DNA of 64,000 nucleotides, taken from NCBI GenBank assembly GCA_963712745.1, contig CAVQJC010000020.1, positions 1-64,000 of the forward strand, in the 5' to 3' direction. Shown here piece by piece: positions 57,417 to 64,000 of the stretch. The first letter of the stretch is position 1, and each line of letters begins with the position of its first letter. A program made the position numbers and the translations under genes. The DNA comes from an uncultured Chloroflexia bacterium. GTDB taxonomy: Bacteria; Chloroflexota; Limnocylindria; Limnocylindrales; CSP1-4. The notes below the pieces were generated by a model. The model was not told where the DNA came from. It was given only the letters and a program-made list of their open reading frames with translations, and searched no databases.

Positions 57417-58591
57417 GCCGACATCCCCTGCTTGCGGACGTTGCGGATGTTGAGCAGGGCCAACGGCAGGACGGCCAGGAAGAGCACGACCGCCAGGACC
57501 GACGCGCGCCCGACGTTGAAGAACTGGAACGCCTGCTGGTACACCTGGTTCGCGACCACGTCAGTGTCGAAGCGGCCCCCGGTCATCGTGTACACGATGT
57601 CGAAGACCTTGAGTACGACGATGGACACGGTGATCGTGACCATGATCAGCGAGCCTCGGATCAGGGGCACGGTGATCTTGAAGAACTTCTGACGTTCAGT
57701 GGCACCGTCAAGGCTGGCAGCCTCCAGCAACTCGTTGGGCACGCCCTTGATGGCCGCCGACAGCACGACCATGGCGAAGCCGGTCTGTAGCCAGATGAGG
57801 ATCGCGATGAGAGCGAACGTGTTGAGATGGAAGTCGGAGGTCTGGATCCACGGGACCGGCTCCCCGCCGAGCCCCGTGACGATCGCGTTGAGGACGCCGT
57901 ACTGCTCCTTATCAGGCGCCCGCCAGACGTAGATGAAACGCCAGATGACCGAAGCACCGATGAGCGAGATGGCCAACGGCAGGAAGATGATGGTCTTCGC
58001 CGTCGACTCGTACTTCACTCGGTCCACCAGGGCAGCGATGAGCAGGCCGAAACCCACTGCTCCTGCCACCCCCACGACCAGCCAGAGGATGTTGTTGAAA
58101 TACATCTGGTGGTTGGCCGGATCGGTGAGCGCCCAGCTCCAGTTGGCCAAGCTGTCACCCTCGGTCACCGACAGCATGATCGTCCGGGCCACTGGCCAGA
58201 CCAGCCAGACTGTCAGGAGCAGCAGCGCCGGCCCCACGAAGACCCACGGCAGAAGGCTGGAGCGCCAGCGTGGAGACAGATGCATGACGACCGCGTTGAG
58301 GCCCCAGTAGAAGAGCCAGATGCCGCCGACACCGACGGCCAGGGCGATGCCCGCGAGGAGCAGCTTGGGTACGACGGTGTTGCCGCTGCCCGCTCGCAGA
58401 GCCGCGGCCTCTTCCGCGTTGCCCAGCAGGTCGAACAGCACCGCGAGCGTGTTGGCGGCAGCCGTCTGATCGACCGCCAGGTAGTAGACGCCGATGGCCA
58501 CCCCCACAACGGCCAGGATCGCACCGACCGGGATGAGGAAGGCACGCAGCGAGGCATCTCGCTGGTCGTCCAACGTCGTCCCGCTCGTCAC
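57413..58591 (-). CDS. Carbohydrate ABC permease
   Basis: EAASLDGAT; WLQTGFAMVVLSAAIK (AglF-like). Confidence 0.9.
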   Translation of the reverse strand: MTSGTTLDDQRDASLRAFLIPVGAILAVVGVAIGVYYLAVDQTAAANTLAVLFDLLGNAEEAAALRAGSGNTVVPKLLLAGIALAVGVGGIWLFYWGLNAVVMHLSPRWRSSLLPWVFVGPALLLLTVWLVWPVARTIMLSVTEGDSLANWSWALTDPANHQMYFNNILWLVVGVAGAVGFGLLIAALVDRVKYESTAKTIIFLPLAISLIGASVIWRFIYVWRAPDKEQYGVLNAIVTGLGGEPVPWIQTSDFHLNTFALIAILIWLQTGFAMVVLSAAIKGVPNELLEAASLDGATERQKFFKITVPLIRGSLIMVTITVSIVVLKVFDIVYTMTGGRFDTDVVANQVYQQAFQFFNVGRASVLAVVLFLAVLPLALLNIRNVRKQGMSA

Positions 58592-58630
58592 TCGTTCATC
58601 CTCCGATGGCCGTCGTGTGATGGGCTCGTT

Positions 58631-58666
58631 CGGAGGGGCGGGCAGCTAGAGCCGCCCGCCCCTCCG
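58631..58666 (-). terminator. Intergenic hairpin after the solute-binding protein gene
   Basis: CGGAGGGGCGGGC..GCCCGCCCCTCCG. Confidence 0.55.
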
Positions 58667-58683
58667 AGTACGTTCGCCTGGGG

Positions 58684-60084
58684 CTACTCAGTCGGCCACG
58701 TGGCGTCGATGGACTGCAACACCTCGTCGGTGTTCTCACCGCCAGCGCTGATCCAGTCCACCATGCCCGACAGGAACGAGCCGCCGCCCACGGACGGTGG
58801 CATCGAGTCCGAGGCGTCGTTGGCTACGGACGTTGCCTGGGCCACGATGTCCGCGGCAACCTGCAGCTTGTAGTTGCCCTCGAACCACTCGGGCGGGGTC
58901 GTCGAGTTGGCCGAGAGGATGCCCTCGCTCTTGATCCAGGCCTCAGCCGCCTCCGGCGTCGCCAGGAACTGGGCCATGGCCCGAACCTCGGGACGGTCTG
59001 TCGTGACCATGAAGGCATCAGAGGAACCGAGCAGTGGGTTGCCGTACTCCTCCTTGATGCCGGGGAGGTAGAACAGGCCGATGTCTTCGCCGATGACGTA
59101 CTTGGAGCTTGGGTTCTCAGCGGCGTCGTCGTAGTCGGGGAAGAACGTCGGGCCGTACCAGTTGGCCTGCTTCTGCATCCAGCAGCTCGGAGCCTGGAGG
59201 TCCTCATCGAACATGGGATCCATGGTCTCGCCGACCCACGTGTTCAGGATGTAGGTGTTGCCACCATAGGCGTAGTCGGGAGTAAAGAAGATCTGGCCGA
59301 CCGTTTCGAAGGCCTCCTTGAGCTCGGGACTGTCGAACGGCAGTTCGCCTGCCAGCCACGCGTTGTAGGCATCGACACCCGCGGTGCGCAGCAAGACGTC
59401 CTCGACCCAGTCGGTGGCGACCCACCCGGTGACGGCGCCGTGCTCGACGCTGATGCACCAGGGGTTGCTGCCACCGGCCACGATCTGGTCGCTGAGCTCG
59501 ATCAGCTCATCCCACGTGGTCGGCACCTCGTAGCCCGCAGCCTCGAACGCCTTGATGGGATACCAGACGTGCGACTTGGTGCCTACCTGGTAGGGAATGG
59601 CCCAGATGTTGCCATCGGCGTCGGTGTACGCACCTAGGACCGGCTGCTCCGCAACCAGCTTGTCGGTGTTACCGACGATGCCGCCGATCTCCTTGATGAG
59701 CCCATCGGCGCCGTATCGATTGATCGTTGCAGGCTGGGCGAGCTGGATGATGTCAGCAGCGCTGCCACCGTTCAACCCCACGTTCACCTGTGTCTCGTGC
59801 AGGCCGCCCGGCACAGCTGCCAATTGGATGTCGATGCCGGTCGCGGCCTCGAACGGAGCCAGGGACTTGGCAAAGACTTCGCCGCCACCTTCGATGTACT
59901 GCGTCTGGACGATGACCTTGGTGCCGGCGAGGTCACCTGCGAGCGCCTGGTCGAGCTCGGGGTAGCCGGTGGGAGCATCGGGGATGCCTTCGACTTCGCC
60001 AGCGGCGACGCCGAGACTGCTGAAGGTGAGCGCGACGGCCGCTAGCGTGGTGCCGGCGATCGCAGTCTTTCGTGTGTGGTGCAT
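58684..60084 (-). CDS. Sugar ABC solute-binding protein (AglE-like)
   Basis: Signal peptide, KSHVWY, PTTWDEL, WCISVE..TGWVATDWVED. Confidence 0.9.
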   Translation of the reverse strand: MHHTRKTAIAGTTLAAVALTFSSLGVAAGEVEGIPDAPTGYPELDQALAGDLAGTKVIVQTQYIEGGGEVFAKSLAPFEAATGIDIQLAAVPGGLHETQVNVGLNGGSAADIIQLAQPATINRYGADGLIKEIGGIVGNTDKLVAEQPVLGAYTDADGNIWAIPYQVGTKSHVWYPIKAFEAAGYEVPTTWDELIELSDQIVAGGSNPWCISVEHGAVTGWVATDWVEDVLLRTAGVDAYNAWLAGELPFDSPELKEAFETVGQIFFTPDYAYGGNTYILNTWVGETMDPMFDEDLQAPSCWMQKQANWYGPTFFPDYDDAAENPSSKYVIGEDIGLFYLPGIKEEYGNPLLGSSDAFMVTTDRPEVRAMAQFLATPEAAEAWIKSEGILSANSTTPPEWFEGNYKLQVAADIVAQATSVANDASDSMPPSVGGGSFLSGMVDWISAGGENTDEVLQSIDATWPTE

Positions 60085-60281
60085 TGCACCTCCTCCTTGA
60101 TCTCGTCCGCTTGTCGAACGAGAAGGGCTACCTAACGGTGAGGACGCCGCAGCGTCCAAGCTCTAGTTGGGGCCTTCGCTGCCCTCCTCCCTTTGCATCC
60201 TCCAACGCGGGAGGGCGCGATGATCCTCGTCACAGCGAATGCCGTTTCCGATGTGCCGCGATGTCCGCTTGTCCGTGTCCG

Positions 60282-61478
60282 TCACTTGGCCAGCGCCAAA
60301 CCGAGCTCGGAGGCCATGAGCATGGCCGCAGCGCCGAGCTCGACAGCTTCGTCCCCGGTCCGGCCCAAGTGGATGGTGCTGCGCTCAGCAAGGAGCGGCA
60401 GCGAAGAGCGGTAAGCCTCAGCCCGCACGCTCTCGAGCCAGGCCTCGCCGTAGTCGGTCATGGGTCCGATGAGCACGATGTCGCGGGCGCCGAGCGTGCC
60501 GATCATCGTCGCCAGCACCCGCCCCAGCGGCGGGCCGGCCTCGAGCACGATCTGGTTGGCCAGCGGATCGCCGGAAGCGAATGCCAGCTGCATCGACTCG
60601 TGCGTGATGGGCTGCTCCGAAAGCGTCGAATCCGTGCGCGACGGGGCGAGATGCCGAGCACGGTCCAGCACCGCTCTTGCGCTTGCCACGGTCTCCAGGC
60701 AGCCACTACTGCCACAACGACAGTGCACCCCGTCATCGGTTACGCGCGTATGGCCGATCTCGCCCGCTCCCGAGTCATCCCCGGTGTAGACGCGCCCACC
60801 AAGAATGATCCCCGCTCCGATGCCCTCCCCGACCTTGACCACCACCATGGCTGAGGACGTGTCGTGACGGCCGAAGGCCCACTCCGCCATGGCGGCGGCC
60901 TGAGAATCGTTCACGACCACGGTGGGCAACCCTGTCAGCGAGGTCAGCCGCTCACCGACCGGCACATCGCGCCACTCGAGCCCGACGGCCCAGCGAACGG
61001 TGCCGGACGCCGTGTCGATGAGACCTGGCGTGCCCACCCCAACGCCTAGCAGCGGGCGCTCTGCTGTCCCCACAAGACCCGTCACCAGTGACTCCAGGTC
61101 AAGCATCGCCTCGACTCCATCGCGGCCCTGCAACTCGCGAGAGTGACGCACCAGCACGTCGCCATGGAGGTTGACCAGGGCCCCTCGCAGACGATGACGA
61201 TCGACATCGATGCCGAGCAAGTGCCGGGCATCTGCGGGGACGCGCAGCAGGATGGGGGCCTTGCCGCCAGTCGAGGGACCGGTGCCGACCTCGATCACAA
61301 GGTCGTCGGCAAGGAGGCGCTCGACCATATCGGAGACGGTCGTGCGAGTCAGTCCGGTGGCTCGCGCGACATCAGCGCGGCTGAGCGGCCCGCCTTCGTA
61401 GACAGTGCGCAGCACGAGCTGCTCGTTGGATCGCCGGGTCTGCCGATGGGTCGCCTTCGCAGGTGGTGCGGTGGGCAC
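60282..61478 (-). CDS. ROK-family repressor (NagC/XylR-like)
   Basis: SRADVARATGLTRTTVS HTH; AGEIGH..CRCGSSGCLE. Confidence 0.92.
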   Translation of the reverse strand: MPTAPPAKATHRQTRRSNEQLVLRTVYEGGPLSRADVARATGLTRTTVSDMVERLLADDLVIEVGTGPSTGGKAPILLRVPADARHLLGIDVDRHRLRGALVNLHGDVLVRHSRELQGRDGVEAMLDLESLVTGLVGTAERPLLGVGVGTPGLIDTASGTVRWAVGLEWRDVPVGERLTSLTGLPTVVVNDSQAAAMAEWAFGRHDTSSAMVVVKVGEGIGAGIILGGRVYTGDDSGAGEIGHTRVTDDGVHCRCGSSGCLETVASARAVLDRARHLAPSRTDSTLSEQPITHESMQLAFASGDPLANQIVLEAGPPLGRVLATMIGTLGARDIVLIGPMTDYGEAWLESVRAEAYRSSLPLLAERSTIHLGRTGDEAVELGAAAMLMASELGLALAK

Positions 61479-61484
61479 GATCTC

Positions 61485-61543
61485 ACTTTGTAAGAGGACT
61501 GGACGAAGTGAGCATACGCTCTTTGTCAATACCCTTTACAAAG
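61485..61543. promoter_or_regulatory. Two ROK-operator-like palindromes
   Basis: ACTTTGT-N11-ACGAAGT (61485-61509) and CTTTGT-N11-ACAAAG (61521-61543); AT-rich, upstream of the ROK gene. Confidence 0.65.
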
Positions 61544-61619
61544 TTTCCCCGAGGCTCTGCGTGCGCACCCGCCAGGTCTCCCACGCCGCGCGTGGGCAAC
61601 TACGAAGCGTCGGGCGTAG

Positions 61620-63593
61620 CTAGGCTGGCACCTGCGGCTCAGGGCCGATGATCATCTTCTCCGGCAGGGTCGCTCCACCCGCTCGACGGGCACCTCGAGC
61701 GGCACCGGAACGCGACCGCTTGTGGCCGTACATGGCCGCATCCGCCGACCGTAGCAGCGCCTTGCCGCTGCGGCCATCACGCGGGTGCAGGGCCAGGCCG
61801 ACCGAGCACGAGATGTGGACCTCGCTGCCATCGGCCATGGGATGACCGAGCTCGACCACGGCGGTCGCTGCGCGCTGCGCGACATGGGCAGCCTCGTCAC
61901 CGTCGGTATCGGGCATCAGCACCACGAACTCGTCGCCGCCGTAGCGAGCCACGACGTCGCTCGTCCGAACGGCTGCGCGCAGGGCCCCGGCGATAGCCCG
62001 CAAGACGCGGTCGCCTGCCTGGTGCCCGTGCTGATCATTGATGCGCTTGAAGTCGTCGAGGTCGACCATGAGCACGCTCATGGGGGAATGGGAACGCGTG
62101 GCGCGGGCCGTCTCCTGGCGGATCCGGTCCTGCAGGTGACGGTGGCTGTACACGCCCGTGACCAGGTCCGTTTCGGCCGCATCGCGCAGCTGCCGGACGA
62201 GGCGGGCGTTCTCGAGCGCCGCTGCGACCTGGTTGGCCATCGTGCGCAGCAGCGAGGTCTCGCCGTCACGGAAGTTGCGCCCGCCACTCGCGGCGATGAA
62301 CTCCACGAGTCCCGTGACGCGGCCGCCCGTGGACAGCGGCAGCAGCAGCACGGCCGCACCGCCGAGCTGATGGAGACGCGAGAGTTCGGCGGGCTCGAGC
62401 TCGTCGACACCCGAATGGAGCCAGACCGGCTCGTCATTGAGCAGCACGTGTCGCAGCGTGCGGTGGGCAGCGAGGTCCCGCTCGGGGCCGATGAGGGGTC
62501 GCCCGTCGGCGCCGATAGGCAGGAGCTTGCCGCTCTCCTCGTCCCAGCGCGAGATGAGGCAGGCATCCATGCGGGCTGCCTTGCGCAGCTTGGCGGCCAG
62601 GACGGTGGCCAGGTCGCGCTCGTCGCTGGCGCCCCCACCTGCCTGGCTGATGTCGAGCAGTGCGGCGAGCTCGCTGACGTGCGTGTCGCGCTCCGCGAGA
62701 AGGCGCGCGTTCTCGATAGCGACCGCGGCCTGGTCGGCGAGCACGCCGAGAAGCCGCAACTCGTCCTCGGAGAAGCGCTTGAGGCCGAGCCGGGAGAGCA
62801 CGACCACGCCGATGACCCGGCTTTCCGAGCGGAGGGGGGCAAGCAACATCGACTCTTCCGTCAGCTGCGCCGAGCCGGGGACCTGGACGGCCCGCGGGTC
62901 CTGGGCTGCGTCATCGATGATCAGTTGTTGGCCTGTGGCAGCGACCCAGCCCGTGATGCCCTCCCCCATGGTCACCCGCAGGCCTGCCGGTGACTCGCCG
63001 AGGTACTCGCGTGCGTGGGGCCGGAAGGCCACCGGATCGAGGGTGCGCCCGTCGTCGCGCAGGACGTAGACGCGGGCGTTGTCGAAGGCCACGACACGCT
63101 GGGTCTGCGAGCAGAGCGCCGCGCTGACCTCTTCGACGCTGGTCAGGCGGGTCAGCTGTGCGGCCACCGACTGCACGGCCTCGAGTTGGGCCGACCAGGC
63201 GATCGGACGCGGCCCCAGGCGGGTGGCGACGCGGCCGACCAGCTGGCGAGCCTGCACCCGAGCCAGGGCCAGGTCCTCGTCGGTGAAGGGCTCATCGCGA
63301 CGGCGTTCCAATACCAGCAGGCCGCCACGCTCCTCGGGCAGCGCCAGGCGCGCAACCGCACCCGGAGACTTCGCATCGCCCCGTGCCGTCGGCAGCCAGC
63401 GTCGCAGCAGCCCTCCTTCTTCCGCCTGGCTCGCGCTGTCGGCCTGTCCCTCCGAGAGGGCCTCGCCGTCGCGCACCGAGGCCACCAGGTCGAGTACGCC
63501 GTCGCCGCGATCGAGATAGAGACTGGCCCCCCGGTCAGCCTCGACCGCGATGGCCAGGTGCTTGAGCGCGGTGGCGACTTCCCGGCTGAGCAT
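61620..63593 (-). CDS. GAF-GAF-GGDEF diguanylate cyclase
   Basis: DLDDFKRINDQHGH..GD, RTSD I-site, RYGGDEF, two QxAxAxENARL GAF ends. Confidence 0.92.
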   Translation of the reverse strand: MLSREVATALKHLAIAVEADRGASLYLDRGDGVLDLVASVRDGEALSEGQADSASQAEEGGLLRRWLPTARGDAKSPGAVARLALPEERGGLLVLERRRDEPFTDEDLALARVQARQLVGRVATRLGPRPIAWSAQLEAVQSVAAQLTRLTSVEEVSAALCSQTQRVVAFDNARVYVLRDDGRTLDPVAFRPHAREYLGESPAGLRVTMGEGITGWVAATGQQLIIDDAAQDPRAVQVPGSAQLTEESMLLAPLRSESRVIGVVVLSRLGLKRFSEDELRLLGVLADQAAVAIENARLLAERDTHVSELAALLDISQAGGGASDERDLATVLAAKLRKAARMDACLISRWDEESGKLLPIGADGRPLIGPERDLAAHRTLRHVLLNDEPVWLHSGVDELEPAELSRLHQLGGAAVLLLPLSTGGRVTGLVEFIAASGGRNFRDGETSLLRTMANQVAAALENARLVRQLRDAAETDLVTGVYSHRHLQDRIRQETARATRSHSPMSVLMVDLDDFKRINDQHGHQAGDRVLRAIAGALRAAVRTSDVVARYGGDEFVVLMPDTDGDEAAHVAQRAATAVVELGHPMADGSEVHISCSVGLALHPRDGRSGKALLRSADAAMYGHKRSRSGAARGARRAGGATLPEKMIIGPEPQVPA

Positions 63594-63598
63594 GACCG

Positions 63599-64000
63599 TC
63601 AGTGCCCGAACGGCTGGGGCGACGTGGCCGCCACGGCCGTGGCGGCGACGTCGGGCCGACGCATGGCGCTAACCAGGAAGACGATGGCACCGAGGGCGAT
63701 GAGCGCGTCGCCTACCGAGAAGGCGGTCGCCATGGGCAGCGGCGGAGGAAAGACGAAGATGTCACCGAGGAAGGGGAAGAGCGTGGCCGGCCCGATGAGG
63801 GCCACGTTGGTGTAGTGGTCGACCGGCAGGGCCGCACTCCCGGTGAGTTGGATCCAGGCTTCGGGGGACGAGGGCATGTAGCCACCGTTGGCCAGCACGG
63901 CCACGAGGTTCAGTCCGGCGCCGAGGCCAAGGATGCCCATGCCCGGCAGGCGCAGATTGCGCAGGAGCGCGGCCAGCACCATCAGCGTCGAGGGCACGTA
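63599..64000 (-). CDS. DUF5317-like membrane protein (partial)
   Basis: G..LN...LANGGYMP..LGDIF..FSVGD. Confidence 0.75.
   Translation of the reverse strand, partial: YVPSTLMVLAALLRNLRLPGMGILGLGAGLNLVAVLANGGYMPSSPEAWIQLTGSAALPVDHYTNVALIGPATLFPFLGDIFVFPPPLPMATAFSVGDALIALGAIVFLVSAMRRPDVAATAVAATSPQPFGH

Noticed and set aside
52702-61543. Sugar utilisation cluster as a novel system
   Set aside because: Ordinary ROK-ABC-GH3-SIS amino-sugar operon

Overview
High-GC bacterial window. Gene content and the frequent leaderless starts suggest a Chloroflexota- or Actinomycetota-like organism, but that is inference only. Positions 1-11.4 kb form an island bounded by an intact tRNA-Arg(UCG) and a ~225-bp direct repeat carrying the 5' half of that tRNA. 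The island is built from a recurring module: a leaderless mini-ORF (possibly winged-helix) followed by a conserved GNRA-loop hairpin. These modules separate unrelated, mostly co-oriented cargo genes, many encoding secreted proteins, and the module recurs at 43 kb. Six copies of a c-di-GMP-II-like riboswitch variant precede cargo genes across the window, and a GAF-GAF-GGDEF diguanylate cyclase lies at the right end. An IS110 element carries a putative bridge RNA whose guide segments match its own insertion site and circle junction. Also present are an IS3 element plus an IS3 end remnant, two tRNA-Pro 5'-half fragments, tRNA-His with attachment-arm-like repeats, a phage lysis/HNH remnant, three ECF sigma/anti-sigma-like pairs, a possible raiA-like ncRNA, msrAB, bioY and a ROK-regulated sugar ABC/GH3/SIS operon. 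Many accessory genes carry single frameshifts, which could be decay or sequencing error. No database search was run; all family calls come from motif recognition.
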